DNA of 64,000 bases from Camelus ferus (GCF_009834535.1 NC_045707.1:55306001-55370000), one strand, 5' to 3'; shown: positions 13,995-28,307, numbered from the stretch's first letter. The notes: a model not told the origin generated them from the letters alone. Program-made: numbers and translations.

Positions 13995-14305
13995 TTATTT
14001 AATTGATTGCTTAAAATATTTAATAAGCACCAGAAAAATGCACTACTCTAGCATCTGGGATATCCATAAATCAGAAGACCAATCAATTATATATTCATGG
14101 TGTATACATTGTAGTGAGAGACAATAAAGAAAAATGAAATACTGTACAAAAATAAAATGATACAATTCATTTAATGCAGAATGCTATGATTCAAAATTAA
14201 ATGGAGTAAAGGCAAAAAGAATGGTGGGGATTGGTAGTGTTACTTTAGTTTGGGAAATCTGTAGACCTTCACTGAGGATATATCATGTTTCTTGAGGTCT
14301 GATAC
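13995..14305 (-). mobile_element. L2 3' fragment
   Basis: aatatttaataagcacc...tgggatatcc...attcatggtgtatacattgtagtg...gaccttcactgagg matches the antisense L2a pattern. Confidence 0.6.
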
Positions 14306-14529
14306 ATACATTCTCCTAATACTAACATACTGAAGGTGACATATAAAGGTGACAAGACTAAATTATCCATTAAAACTCAAAGTATATAGGGGATGGAAGA
14401 TAAATGTCAAAATCTTCATGAGAAAAATAATGCAACACAAGCAGAAAAAATGAGATAAATTAATTATATATTGTATAGAAATTGCCTGGATGCTCATCTG
14501 TACACAGAGTAAATTTGTCTAATTTCTTT

Positions 14530-14868
14530 GCAAACAAGTAAGTGTGGCATTGTGACTGAATCCCAGACAGTGGTACCAAGGCAGATGTGCCACTTCCAGA
14601 TCCTGTCCAAAATACTCTCATTTGGAATCTTTCTTACTCTTCTTTTTTGGGGGGGTTCTTTGAAATCCCAGAGAAAAATTGTGAGCTATATGTTGAAAAT
14701 GACAGAGCCAGGAAATAGAATAAGCTGAGATCCTTGAATCACTAGTTGGAGTGATTGGAGGAGAGCTGATCCGCTAGAACAGCCCACACTGGGCTGTTAC
14801 ATGTGAGAAAGGACCTTTTATTTCGTTATGCCGCTAAGATTTGGAGGTTTATCTGTTATAGTACCCTA
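14530..14868 (+). mobile_element. MaLR LTR (MLT1H-like)
   Basis: gatgtgccacttccag...tgttgaaaatgacagagcc...gctgagatccttgaatcact...ttatgccgctaagatttggaggtttatctgttatag. Confidence 0.7.
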
Positions 14869-17861
14869 AGGAGAAGTAGCCAAACTGCTAGCATCAATTA
14901 TAGTTAGAAAACAAAAACAAAAATAAAATTGACTGCCAAAAGGGGGAATCAGTAACTGTGGAAACAGAAAAAAAAAATGAAAAAGAAAAGGAATTGAATT
15001 AAAAATATTGTGGGTACTTACCTTACCAGAAGTGGGTTAAGTGTCAAGGAAAAATAGATAATGAAGACAAAGTCTTTGCATTTGTGGTGCTTATAGAGTA
15101 GAGATAAAATTTTTTAATATCCATTTAGTGTCTTCCAGGTGAAGCCCTGTTCAATTTCTGGCACATGTGTTTCTCAAATATGGAGCCGTAAACATGACAA
15201 TTATGCCCAACTTGTCATTACGACATTAACTGTCATTAATCTAAGTATATTAACTACTCCCTTTGATGTGACTCCAGCTATCAAGTACCTTACTTAGCCT
15301 TTCCAAATGTGATATTCCCAGGATGCACACTTGGGAGAGCAGCTATAAATAACCTAGGCACAGGAAAGAAATACTCAGAGTGTCAATGATAAGATTCAGA
15401 TTTTGTTTTCTGTTTACTTACTGGTTTGTTTTGGTTTGGGTTGTGGCAGTTATTTGTGGGTTTTATTTGTGTTGATTTACCTCTGTAGGCCTTCCTTGGT
15501 CAGAACAAGATTTGACCAAGGTTTTCCACCTGTGAAACATGACTTGGCCAAATGCTAGGTCTTTCTTGATTACATTGCTTCTCCCATCATGCTTTTCAAA
15601 CTGCAACATTAACTATACTGTGTGACCTTTTACCACATGTTCTCCGATAATGTTTTAAATAAATCTTTTATTAAGTGGGTTTCATGTTGGACATTTCCTG
15701 AAATACAAAGAGAATTGTATATGTAGCTATATTAATTAATTTTAGCCAATTGATAGTCAGTAAAAGTGTTAAAATGACAAGAATAAAATTGTTCTAAATT
15801 CTTAGTTTTTATATAGTTGTTCAGATTTTTCAGAAAATATTAAGTAGTAAGTTTGGACAGTGTTGTGAAAAACTTGTGTGAAATAGTATATTTTAATAAA
15901 TTCATTGCCTCTCTGAAGTCATTTACTATCTGAATGTTAATGCTAAGTAATATAGAATTGCTTCCTTATGAAAATGTTTAAGAGTAAACTAAAGAATTCA
16001 TTGAGAGTACAATTACTTTTGAGAAGCCCATTAAAGTGTGGGTTTAAGGATCCTTGATGATGATTCTATTTTTTTTTTTAATTAAATTTCCAAGATCAGG
16101 AGTAGACTTTGGTGTCAATATCTAAGTTCTTTGTGGTTTATTCCAACTGTAACACCATGAAGTAATTTTAAAACTGCTCTCTGGTGCTCTGATGTTGAAT
16201 GCAAATAGAGTAAAAATAATAATATTACTTTTTTTGAACTTCGTTATTTCAGAAATGTTGTTAATTTTATGTATTATCTTATCTAATAATAATAGAAGTA
16301 AGACACCTTACATATGCAAAGTATTATTATTTCCACTTCACAGTTCAGGATCAGACAGTACAGTAACTTGCTAATTATCAAAGAGCCAGTGCCATGCACT
16401 TGTGTAATTTGGTGATAAAGTAAGAAACTCTACTCTGAAGTGTTTATGAATGAATTCTAGATAATTGTGATAGCCTGGGAGAATCATGATTTGACAAGTA
16501 ATACCATGTTTTCCATTATTTATTAGTAGTTTAAATGCATTCAAAAATAAACATTTAATAATTTTATGAGTGACTGTGGATGACATGTTTAGATTTGAGG
16601 CAAATAAATGGCAAAATTAAAAATATTTCCACCAATCAATAAGTATATATGAAGATCTTTCTGTGTGTGTTTGCCTAGTAATGTGCTGTTTGCCTTCCAT
16701 AGACATATTTCAAGGGTTTATTAGTGAACCAAAGTAAAATCCAAGGATATTTATCTCGAGTAATATAGTGTACTACTTTTGTGTTTGTTGATGACAAAAT
16801 GATACTAATTGGTGAATCAGAAAGTACAAAGAAATTACTCAGAATTACGTTACTGGTGAGGGCATGGTACCCTGGGTGTCCTGAATCTATTTCTCATTGG
16901 AGGTTTATACTGACTGTATTTGAACTCCTACTGCTGCCTAAAGTCAGAGGTGGGAATGAGTACATTGTGTATTATCAGGTCCATTGCTTTGATAAGCTAT
17001 CTATATTAGTCCTTCTTTTTCTCAGAAACCAAGATTGTCTTAATATTACTGCATTACCCTCCATCTTCTACCTATTTTGTTATCTACTCTATTTATGATC
17101 AGAAAATCCTCTCATAGCTACATATTAGAAATATCTTCTAGGGAAATTTTAACCGTTAATCTTGAAAGATCAAGCTCCTTTTAGGTACTTCCCCAGATAC
17201 ATTGCAAGAGTGGTGGAAAAGCACTGGCATTATGTTAATATTATGGTATTATGTTGCTGTCAAAACTAACCAACACACACACTACAGCTGAAGTGGAAGC
17301 CCTGACAGTTTTTTGTTTGTTTGTTTGTTTGTTTTACTTTTTTGTAATGCAAGTGCCTGACTTAAGCTTTGATTGCAGATGCATCCATTCAAAAAGACAT
17401 CCCCTTTAAAGACTAAACATATTGCCAGTGACACCACTTGATAAAGAATAGGCTGCCACCCCAAACTGAGACCCCTTTGTTTTAGAGATCTTGGTTGATT
17501 TCAATTGCTGACCATTTGGGCTACTTGGTTTTTTGTTTGTTTGTTATTTTCTGGCACTTTAAACTCCCACTCTCATATTTTAAATTCACTAATACAGAGT
17601 GGGCCCAACAAACCCTAGGCTCCCACTCTGGGCCCCAATATAAGCAGAACTCCAGGCTCGGGCACTCTCTTCCTCTCTGCCTGCCACCTTGGTGTGTGGC
17701 CCCAGGTCTGCTGTGTAATTTCCAGGTGTTATAAGTCACAGAGCTCTTTTTTTTTTTTCAAAGTTTCCTGATAGTTAATGCTGAAGGAAATCTTGCAATC
17801 ATAATAAAAATCACAAGGGCTGGTTGAACCACAACACTGGTTATTGATAGGTTGAAACCAG

Positions 17862-17924
17862 CACAACACCCACCCACACACCCACACACCCACGTGTGCA
17901 CACACCCACACACACTCACGCACC
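17862..17924. repeat. Imperfect (CA)/(CCCA)-rich microsatellite
   Basis: cacaacacccacccacacacccacacacccacgtgtgcacacacccacacacactcacgcac. Confidence 0.8.
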
Positions 17925-18907
17925 TGAAATATCCAGTGGAGCCTCTTTTCATCTGATGTAATATTTACTCTTCGCCTCAATCCCTAACATAACTTTCAGG
18001 GTCTGAAGTGAAGTTTTCTAAATGCTAAATATTTAGGAAAATTGATTTTGAAACTAAAAATTGAAGTGCCCTAAAAAACATCCTGTTATATTGTGTTGTG
18101 ACAAACAGCTATTTTTATTTGTGAAATCAATATGATACAGTTTGCTCGATATTTCACCTTCAGCAGCATGCGTTGGTGACCCTATAAAACTTTCTGATAA
18201 TCTAGAAACCTTCTAATTGTCTGAAATGGAAAATTCCTGAGACTATATTCATATGGGTAAAAAGATTAGAAATTTTCACATGGGCTTGGCACTAGTATTT
18301 CAACATATTGATGTGAAGAGTGGAAAGAATAAGAATGGTGTGTTATATACATGTGTGACAGTTTCCAGAAGTATGGGTCAATGGGAAATTTTTAACCTCT
18401 TTGTGCCTCAGATTTATCGCCTGTGAAGTGGATAAAACCATGCCTACTTCAAATATTGAATTATTTTATGCAGGGTGACTGGAGGAAAGGGAATAGGAGA
18501 ATTACTATCATTATTCTGTTACTTTTAAAATTGGTTCCCACTTTAAACATGTGCTACCCATTACAGTGAGTTTTCTCCATTATGGTTTTTTTTTTTTTTC
18601 ATGCTTTTTATTCCTTCTTCTTTACATGTCTCCTTTACACTTATTCTTCAAAGTCATTTTATAGAAAAGAAGGAATGGAAAAATCCAATAGGAGAGTTGT
18701 TCAGAGTTTGAAATGGCAACCACTTTCTTTATCCCCCATAAGCCCAGGAACAATAGTGACAACTAAAGTATTATGTTCTTCATGGTTTGAGAAATTCTTT
18801 AAAAGCTGACTCATTCTTCAAAGTATGAAGGATATTTTCATAATGCTTCACAATATGGTCAATCACAGATGTAATAAAGCAAAACCAGAGTGTTAGTTAC
18901 ATAAACG

Positions 18908-19430
18908 ATATAGTGGGCACTCTGGCTCACCAGCTTAGCTCTCATGTGCCTTTCCTCCATTCTAACAGAAACTTGATTTCACTCTGAATTTCTGCTCTTC
19001 ACATGCAGAATCATTTGGCTCAGGGGAAGTCAGCCCCAGGGGTGAGCCGCAGATGGCTTCAGCCAATCAATCATTACATTACTTAAGCCAAAGTCACAGG
19101 TCCAGTAGAGGCATATGCTAAAGCAACCTATGACGTTAAGGGTGCTTCATTGGAATACTGAGATTAAAGCATTCTCTCCACTTTTCCTTCTTCTGGAAGG
19201 TGTTATATGTGAAAGTGAACTCAAAACGGCTGCAGTTACTTTATCAGCCTCATGAGGACGAAGCCACAAACAGAGGAAAGCAGATTCAGTAGAATCACGG
19301 GGACTGGAGTCAGAATCTGAAATCTTCCAAACCTCTGGACTTCATGTTATATGAGAGATCGCATTTCTCATTTTAAAGTCAACTTTGTTTTGTTTTGTTT
19401 TTAATTTACACACAAAGCCATCCTAACTAG
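18908..19430 (+). mobile_element. MaLR solo LTR (MLT1K-like)
   Basis: ttctaacagaaacttgatttc...agccaatcaatcatt...ggctgcagttact...cctctggacttcatgttatatgag...aaagccatcctaact. Confidence 0.7.
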
Positions 19431-20082
19431 TAAAAGATAGGCTTTGAAAATTTTAACATCATGAGAAAAACTGAGGCCTGAATTAAGCAATGTGACACGG
19501 CAGGTCTGACAGATAAATTGATTGTTGTAGAATCAGAACTTGTCCTCATATCTCCCCATTTCCCACCGTTAGCCTCTCTTTTACAGGAAGTGCCTTGCAG
19601 CGAGGCTTTTAACAAGGAAGTGTAAACACTAGAGTTTCAACCTTATCATATTATTCCACTAGGTCAAGAAACATGTGAAAACCTATAGTCTTTCTAAGGG
19701 AATTGTGTCTCCTGTTCTTGTCCCCATGGACTTAATTATGTGCTTACCACTTCAGAATTTATAATTTTAAGTCCAAATATTTCAAATGAACTTCTCACCA
19801 ACATACTCACATATGTTATTTAATTCAGTGTATTACTGAGACCAGTAAAACCAACTGAAATACCACTATAAAGAACAGGTGAGGACTAGTGGTGTATGAG
19901 ATTGTTTCTACCATGACTCTGTGGAGATTTATTCCTGACATGATACATTGATAATTGCTCTTCAATTCTTTTTTAATACCCCAAAGTTAAAACATGTCTC
20001 TGGCTAGTTTCTTTAATTTGTAGTTCATAAAATTGTTAATCAATCTACTAGGCACAATGATTTTTTGATATCCTTCCTAACT

Positions 20083-20535
20083 ATATCAGTTAATTATTGC
20101 TGTAATATGCTACCCAAAACTTAATGGCTTTTTAAAAAAAAAGTTTAAAAAAGTAAAATTAAAAAAATATATTAAAATATAAATTACAATGAATAAAGAA
20201 AAAACAAATAAAAAAACAAAAAGGGGAACATAAAAAGGAGAAAAGAAGACAACAAAAAAAGACAGAAAAGAAATAAAAAGGGAAAAACACAATACTTGAT
20301 CCTGATACAGTACATGAGTCTGCATGCTGGCTGTCTGGGTCTGTTGCTTTGGGCTGGATCATCAGACTTTGGCCCTCCTCATGCAAACAGTGAGAATATC
20401 AGTTGGGATGATCATCTCTGATTCATCTCATCTTTTAGGAGAATAGTCTGGATTCTCATGGCAGAGGCAATATTCCAAGAAAGAGTACAGAAAAGCAGTA
20501 GACCCCTTGAGGTCTAGTCTCTGAGTGTCACAGTG
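20083..20535 (-). mobile_element. MaLR LTR (MLT1H/J-like) interrupted by an A-rich tract
   Basis: tatcagttaattattgctgtaa...acccaaaacttaatggctt, then ~155 bp A-rich sequence, then aaaacacaa...tctcatggcagaggca...cccttgaggtctagtctctgagtgtcacagtg. Confidence 0.7.
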
Positions 20536-20883
20536 ATTGGTCATTCATGTATTTTAAATTTTCTCAGTGCCATAGCATGAATTTCTTTATTTGTCAATTT
20601 TTTACAAAGTTTAGAGATATTAGAGCTGCATTCATCTCCCTTTGTTAAGATAAATAGGCAAAGAACCATAGGATAAGAACTGCCCCCCACTCCCAATAAC
20701 AAAGTAATGACAACGATAAATCTTTACTGTGGGGACAACAGTATTTAAGTTCTAGAATATTTGAACTTTTCTCTAAAATACATTTAGGAAAGGATCGAAC
20801 ATGTTGGCAAATACTGGTTCCTTGCTCCTGAAAAGATTTAAGATGATATCATGAAGAAAGAACAGGATGAACTAAATAAAAAT

Positions 20884-21395
20884 TGTTGGAGTGAAAATTA
20901 TGACAGAGGCCCTATGATTAGGCAAAGGTTCAGTGCTTGGCTTAAAAGACTCACAGAAGTCAGCATATAGTAATACTAAATGGCTAAGATTTACTGCAGT
21001 GACATAACAAAGATACATAGCTGACTCAGTAAGGGAAAAACACACATCAGGCAAAGTCTGGATGAATTCACATGCAGACTTCCCAAGTTCTCCGTGAGGG
21101 GGCCTCACAAAACATGCCCTCCCTTCCAGCAGCGAAATGTAGTCAGACATACTGTGCTTCTACTCAGGAAAGAGCTGTTTGATTCTATTATTTCCACTGG
21201 GGGCTGGTTACATAGGCACAAAGCCAACCATAGCTATTGCAGTTCCAGACTCCCAGAAGGAAAGCAGGTGTTTAGCACCCCAGGTGGGCAAAATAATCTC
21301 ACCAATGGAGAAAACTGTTCAAAAGCCAATGTCCCAGAGAGCCAAGGTCCATCCCCTTAGTAAGCAGATCTTTCTAAGGAAAACAGCCTCACATA
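20884..21395 (-). mobile_element. ERVL solo LTR (MER68/MER21C-like)
   Basis: gactcacagaagtcagcatatagtaatact...ggctaagattta, ttccagactcccagaaggaaagcaggtgtt and gcagatctttctaagga match the recalled MER68/MER21 group, antisense. Confidence 0.75.
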
Positions 21396-22499
21396 GTATC
21401 TAAATTAAAAGATAGCAGAGAGCCAAATAAAATAGTATTAGCAATGTCTTAAAATAATCAATGATTTGGAAACAAACTATAGAAGAATACCTACAATATT
21501 TATTCAAAGGACAAAGATAAGAGAATATAGAAAATATAAAAATTAAAAAAGAAAATAAGACAAAGTAGAAACCAAAATGCAGGTAATTTTTTTTAAATCT
21601 TTACTCATGTATTTTTCATAAGAGAGTAAAAGAGCAAAATGTAACAAACAAGGATCTAACTTAAAATTGGGATAAAAAAGCTTTTCTAATGTAATATAGG
21701 TCATTAGTTTTAAGCTCACCATGTTTAAGGCAAATTTAACAAAAATTGTGAGAAAAAATAACTTTATATTAAAATTGTGAATTCTAAAAATAAGAATACT
21801 TGGTTTTGTAGAAATATGAAGGTGTTGTGTCTCTTTTTCCCTCAAATAAATGAAAATATCATTAATTCTTTTTAAGGAGAGTATATACATGACAACAAAT
21901 TTGTATACATTAAATGCATAAATAGATCAAAATTTGGATTAAAACAGGATGGAATTCATCTCATTTTGAGCCCAGTGTACCTTTGGAAATATAATTAAAA
22001 GGGTATGGAAGTGCCCCACTGAATTTTCTTAAACTTGGTTAGCACTGCCTCAGGTTATGACTGAGAGTTGCTGGAAAAGCTGGGAGATCAAGCCCAGGAC
22101 ATCAGCGTGGCAGTCATACTGTCTATAGCAGGATGAAGTGGGAGATGGAGCTGTGCCACTTGTTTTCTTCGAATCACCCTCCTTACCAGAATAGCCCCAA
22201 ATGGTACTGTTCTCCTAAAAGTGGGGCCAGAATTGAAATCCAAAAAGATTCTCACCTAGAAACAGAAGGGCTAATGGCAGAGGAGATTGTGTGGGAACAT
22301 TCAGTTATTAAACATCATGTTTCTTCTGTCTTGCTTCTTCTCTTTAACTCTGCCTGTCATGATCCTAAAAGATCAATTAACTGTTCTCACCTTCCTGCTT
22401 AAGTTCTAAGAGTAAAATTAAGAGAACATTTCCTTAAATGAAGATAGGACTTGAAGATATCTCAGATAAAATGTCATATCTGGATATAGCCATCCCCAT

Positions 22500-23560
22500 T
22501 AAAAGATAAAGAGTGCTCAGAAATAAATTCAAAATGGACCCTATACATAGATGGCATTTTAAAACAACACACACACACACATACACGCATATACACAAAC
22601 AAGAGAGAAACACAAGTCATCAAAGGCCAAAAAATAATTTATTTTGCAAGAAGAATTAGTCTAGGAAATTAAAGATAATTTTAGATTGAAAACTTTCTAC
22701 TTTCTAAAATAAATTTTAAAACAATACAGACTCTTTAAAATAAAACATAAAATATATAAAAATCTAAAGGGACAGATGAAAAGACAATAGAATGAAATGA
22801 TAGCTGGTGGTACAAATAAAACATAATGAGGGAAACATTAAAATCATTCTAGAAATTAAATAAAAGAAAAATTAGAAGCACCAAAATGTAAAGTCATATG
22901 ATGAAATGAAAGTTAATCATGGAAGATAAACTTGAGAAGAATAGAAAAAGATCAAAAAGCTGTCAAAATTCAGTTTAAAAAAAAGTACAAAAAGCTCAAA
23001 GTGAAAGTAGAGAAAATGAGAATATGAAAACGAATATATGTATGTACATACACAACTGGGACATTATGCTGTACACCAGAAATGTACACATTATAACTGT
23101 ACTTCAATTTTTAAAAAAAGAAAAAGTAAGTTGAGAAAATGAAACACAGAAGGCAGAAATAATATAAATATTTAATGCATAAAAATTATGAATTTTTAAA
23201 AAGCAAAAATAAAATATCAAAAGAAATAGATATTAAAATATGTAATGTTAGAACTTTATTTTTTTGCAGTTAGAGAGAGATGGTCTTCTAGTAGATTTAT
23301 AGGGCTTAAACAGTGTATCAGAAATGAGAAAAAAATGAAGGAAACAATAAACCAGAAACAACATTACATCCTGATGACATTACTGCACATTAAAACAAAA
23401 ACAAAAGAATATCATAAACATCCAGGCAGACAAAACAGATCGTTTACAAATATAAAAATATCAGTGGCGTCTCGTGCTTCTGGACATCCACAATGAAGGC
23501 ACAATAGAGTGTTGTAAATTCTGTGCAGTTTACATTTTTTTTAAAAGGATGTGACATAAT
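22500..23560 (+). mobile_element. Old L1 ORF1/HAL1-like relic
   Basis: Long A-rich stretch with L1 ORF1-like segments (ggaagataaacttgagaa; catccaggcagacaaaacagatcgtttac...atcagtggcgtctc). No intact frame. Confidence 0.5.
23020..23127 (+). mobile_element. Very short young L1 3' tail
   Basis: gaatatgaaaacgaatatatgtatg...ctgtacaccagaaat...acttcaat followed by an A tail aligns with the reverse complement of 32165-32250. 15-bp TSD aagt(a/t)gagaaaatga at 23005-23019 and 23128-23142. Confidence 0.85.
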
Positions 23561-23879
23561 GGTTTAGTTCTTTTAATTCATTTTAATTAGCCACACTATA
23601 AAAATTAAATTATGAGCAGTATCTTATTTGTCTACTGCTCTACCTTACGAGCATCTCCCTGGTTCCCAGAAGAAATAATTGTTATTAGTATAATGTATAT
23701 CCTTTGACATCCTTTTTTGCAACATATGTAGTGAAATTTATTCTGTTCCAAAAAATATTCTAGGAATCGGAGATACAGTTTTGAATTTCTCTGCTGTTAC
23801 GGTATTTATGTTTTAGTTGAGCAAGAAAATCATTTAAAAATAATAGTATGCAACACCTAATATGCATTTCAACTCCTTG

Positions 23880-24300
23880 ATTCCTTGGTTTTAGGTGTGT
23901 CTAAGGATAGCATATACTTGGTTTTGTTTCTGTATTCCAAGTGGAAACTGTTTTTTCTTCTTTAAGAGGTGACTTTATCTCGTTTGAGTTTCACTTTAAG
24001 AGGGTATATTTACCTTAATTTTATCTTTTAATTTTATATAATTTTATGTGCAGTATTTTTGAACTTTAGCTTCTTGGCTGTTTTTTCTTTTGCCTTTTCC
24101 ATATTTTTCTTTCCTACTTTGTCTTCTCCCTTTTCCTTTCTCTGTCAGACATATACAGTATAGGCTCCTTTTTCAGTTCTAATGGTCGATACGTTTGTTT
24201 CTTTAAGTAAATGCTTAAATCTATATTTCTCAATTCACCAATTTCAGAAATAAAAGAATCTTCCTTGCTGCCTACTATAAAAGACAAAAGAAACTGTCAG
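23880..24300 (-). mobile_element. Old L1M relic (ORF2 5' region)
   Basis: ttttaggtgtgtct...agcatatacttggttttgtttctgtattccaa is typical of the antisense L1 endonuclease N-terminus. Confidence 0.5.
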
Positions 24301-24839
24301 GTTAATTCTAGTTTCTTTTTCATCTTCACATTTATCTTTCACCGCTGAGCGAGCTTCCCTATCTCCTTCTCTCCACCTTCCCTCCTAAATGCTGAGGCCT
24401 GGGAGTGGGGATGGAGCGGGGAGAAGGCACATTTAATGTAAGGCAGGCCCAGGAATATTCTGCCCTCACTTATCAGTCTTGATTTTGGGGCTTGGCCTCT
24501 GCGGTCCATGCTGGAAGAATATGATTTGGGGTCTGTTATATTACTTGTCATGTCTGAAATTAGCAGAAATAAAGCCAAGAAGGGCTGAGGAGTGATTGAA
24601 GTTGGATGTAAGGAAATACTGGCTAAGTTGTATCTTAGATTAGTCATCAAAGCCACATTTTAATAGCTGCTTCCTCAATCCTCTGAGTTGCACTAGTTCT
24701 TTGGGCCAACAGATTTTCTTTTATCCTTAAACTAGTGAGACTTGTTTTGGTGCTTGCAAATGCAGGAGTCTTGGCTAATAGCCCAAGCAAATGCTTTAAT
24801 AATAGAAAATAACGGTTGTGATATTAGTATTAAAAAGAT

Positions 24840-25440
24840 TTTGTCAATAAGGTATAAAACATTCAATGAAGGAAAGAAAGTCACTTTATCATAACAAAGA
24901 GCAAAATGAACAATGGCAATACAGCTGCCAAGAAAGTTTTGGCAAGAGTAATTCCACAGCAAAATATATAAAGCAAAAACTATATAACATATAAAAGAGA
25001 AATGAAGAGTATAGAGTTATTTTGGAGGAAATTTTAATATATTCCTCCCAACATTTGGCCATATCAAGTAGTTATCATAAGAAAGGCCATAAAGATTTAG
25101 AATTATATAATTAATAAAGATGATTTATTAGATATTTACTATGTGTATATGTATACATTTATAAAACAGTGAATTTTTACTGTCACTCAGAAAATTTAAA
25201 CTTAAACAATTATTGAAGGGAAAATTCTAGCTTTACATACATACATGAGAAAAGAAAGATAAAAAATTCAGTGATCTAAGCATCCATCTCAAGAAGTCAA
25301 GAGAAAAAAATCCCAGCAAATTAAGCAAAAAAAAAGAGCCAAAAATACAATAAAGGCAGCAGTCAATGAAATAGAATTAAACACATGAAAGAGAGAATGT
25401 ACTAATAAAATATATAACTTCCTGGCAAGTCTGATCAATA
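24840..25440 (+). mobile_element. Old L1 ORF2 relic (endonuclease domain and linker)
   Basis: ggaggaaattttaata resembles GDFN. aagggaaaattctagctttacatacatacatgagaaaagaa...ctaagcatccatctcaagaag...gtcaatgaaataga resembles RGKFIALNAYIRKE...LHLKK...EINEIE. Confidence 0.75.
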
Positions 25441-27129
25441 ATATTATTTTCCCTGAGAGAAGATTGATTTTTGCTTATGGCCTGAAACATTTCTGGAGGC
25501 AAGTTACATCCTCAATCCAGAGACGGATTGAGAGGTTATGAGATTCCTTCCTGCTCATCACTAGTGCATTTCTGGTTCACCCTCATCCTCCAGGGCTCCC
25601 GCTGGAAGCCTACAGTTTTTACCAGAGGCCCTTCTCCTTCTCAGACTTCTGACTTTCCTCCCAAGCCCTATGAGACCTCTAAACACTCCACTTGGTTTAT
25701 TATCTTTTCTGCCACCAATTTTACTTTTGGAATCAGCAGTTGCTTGAGGGGAAGAAGTGGCCTCAAGGTTTGAGTTAACTTCTCTCATCTTTTCTTCTCA
25801 TCTTAGCCTGACATATTCTTACTGTGTTGGTAATTTCCTGAGGCTTCCAAAAAGATTTAATAGCATGTTTTGTCCAGTTTATTGAATGATTCTCAGCATG
25901 AGCTATAGTCTCAAACAATCTAGCCCATTATTGTTGAATGTGGGATTCCATCTAAGTAACTTTTAAGTAAGATTAAATAAAAATAAAACTGCAATTCATG
26001 GTACCTAGAGAGGGAATAAGAAACCACTTAAGAACTTACCCTATTGGAAGAATTACATTTCCCTTTTTTACATCATGGCAGCTCTTCATAGAGCCACAAA
26101 TGGCACTGAGGTTGCTGTCTTCTTCTTCTGACCCTGCCTTCACATTTCATTATTTCAGTGTTGTTCATTGTTTCTCTGAAATTATCCCAGCATCTGCCCC
26201 AGTTCCACCACAGCTATCACCAGACTATCAGTCCGAATTCCTCTGAAGCTGACACGAAGCTCCCTGCAGAGACCTGACAACATACCTTAATCTGCCCTGG
26301 ACAACTGGTGAGCTGTGGCCCTGGAGCTTTTTTGCCACCAGTCATATAAACACTGGTTTAATGCAACATTTTGGTAGCTTTTATTTAGAGGCTGTCTCTC
26401 CTAGTCTCTTCTTTATGTAGGCTGAAGGTATGGAATTGAAAGGGTGATGTGTGAGGGCCTGACTCCTTTTTAGTAATCCTAAATGAAGCATTTTGGTAGT
26501 TTTGTGCCATTCTGTGCAGTTGTTTTGTGACTATTGATCATCAGTTTTGGAGCTGAACAGAAATTTTCAGAAAAACAGGCAAAATTCCCTACATTTGCTT
26601 GTATTAAATTTAGTTAATTTTGGTTTTAAATATCTGATGCATTCATTAATCTGAGATTTTGGAAGATAATTCAAAATCCCAAACAACACTATGGAGAAGT
26701 CCTCATAGATATGCTTTTTTGTAAATGTGGTCATATATATTAAATTACTAAATATCTGTTATGCAGACCTGACCTTGTTTGACTGCCAGTTCCTTTACAC
26801 TAAGAATCGGTCTCTGTCCAGAACATGGTTAGTGCTGTGATTATCTTTCCCACAAAGAAATGCTTAGAGCTAAGGAGAATGGGCAACCATCCCAAGAATT
26901 TTGCATTATATTTAAATCCTATGTAGTTGGTTTTCAATAGATAGAAAAACAAGTACTCTGTCACTTCATACTACCCAATATTTGAATAAAATTTTCTCAC
27001 CGGAGAGGCTGAAGTGTTTACTGGAGTCTTAGTGAACCTTCCTCCTCTGTGTCTAGCAGTGACTGTTCTCTTTGAGAAGAGTAGGCTCAGATTAACCAGT
27101 CACTCTAGCGTGACTACATATAAATATCA

Positions 27130-27245
27130 AATCATTTACAAAAACATTTAATATATGAGTAAACAGAGGCACAAAGATGTTGACTAACTTTGCCAGCACA
27201 ATAAATGGCAAACCCAGAGTTCCAGGAGGCATTCTGTCTCCATGT
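27130..27245 (-). mobile_element. MIR fragment
   Basis: atgagtaaacagaggcacaaagatgttgactaactttgcc matches the antisense MIR core. Confidence 0.55.
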
Positions 27246-28159
27246 CTCCTGCTCTAAGCTCCCGTGCAGTGTGCCCGTCACTCCGGTGCTAGTCCTCACT
27301 GCCCTGCTGTTCTGTAGGCTGCCCTTCCTGGTGCTGCAGTATTTTCTACTAACATACAGGATTCTCAGACTCTTACTGTATTTGGTCATCCTCTAATTTT
27401 TAACAGCATACTTTCTTATTTCGTACAAAACGTGTTGGGGAGTCTTTGTCAGTACCTAAGCTGGACCACTCTCTCTTTGGTACACGTGCTGTCCTCTATA
27501 CTCACTTCCATTGTCACTAGTAGAGCACTTTTTAATTTATAACACACTCAGTATTACCTCTCAAGACTGTAAGATCTTTGACTCCTAGGATCATGTCTGA
27601 TTTAACCCTGTGTTCTCCACACCTTGCATTGCATTTGATATCTTCAACTGTGCTTAACCCACGCTCATAGACTTAATTCAAATGTGCTGTGTCCCTAAAG
27701 GCTCACTGTACTCTTGTTTCTGCTCTCTTGGTCACGAGTGTCACTGCACTCTCTTCACTTTGTACTCTGTGCACTGAGTCTCATCATGCCAAGACTTTCT
27801 GTGAGGATTCTTTTTCATGTGAGAGATGTAGACGTCTGCCTTTTCTCTTCTGCCACCTCCCTCCAATGGTAATATTACAGACAACCAGTTCTAGTCATAT
27901 TATCATCGCATAATGACCTCCTAACCTCCCCAAGTTTCCCCTTGGACCTAAGGGCATTGATGCTACTGGTCAAACTGTTGTCTAGCTTGATTATGCTGAC
28001 TGTTCTCAGTCTGGTTTTACTGGCCCTTTGTCAGTCCCAAGGAATGTAACTGACTGCACTGCTGTCTCTTCTGTCTACGGGGTCTCCACATGATTTTGTT
28101 TGTTACCACTCTGCAAATGAGAAGGGAAATTGTTCATATTCTGCACCCATCACTAATTA

Positions 28160-28307
28160 GGAAACAGGCCTTTACCAGACACTGAATCTTACAGTGCCGT
28201 GATCTTGGACTGTCAGCCTCTAGAATTGTGAGAAAATAAATTTCTACCAAAAAATAAACCACTAAGTCTGTGTTTTTTTGTTATGGCAGCCCTAGCAAAC
28301 TAATATA
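28160..28307 (+). mobile_element. MaLR LTR 3' part (MLT1A/B-like)
   Basis: ccagacactgaatct...gatcttggactgtcagcctctagaattgtgagaaaataaatttct...ttgttatggcagccctagcaaactaata. Confidence 0.85.

Noticed and set aside
15494..15521. Hairpin ccttggtcaga...tttgaccaagg as ncRNA or terminator
   Set aside because: A 9-bp perfect stem is expected by chance in 64 kb and is too short for a pre-miRNA.
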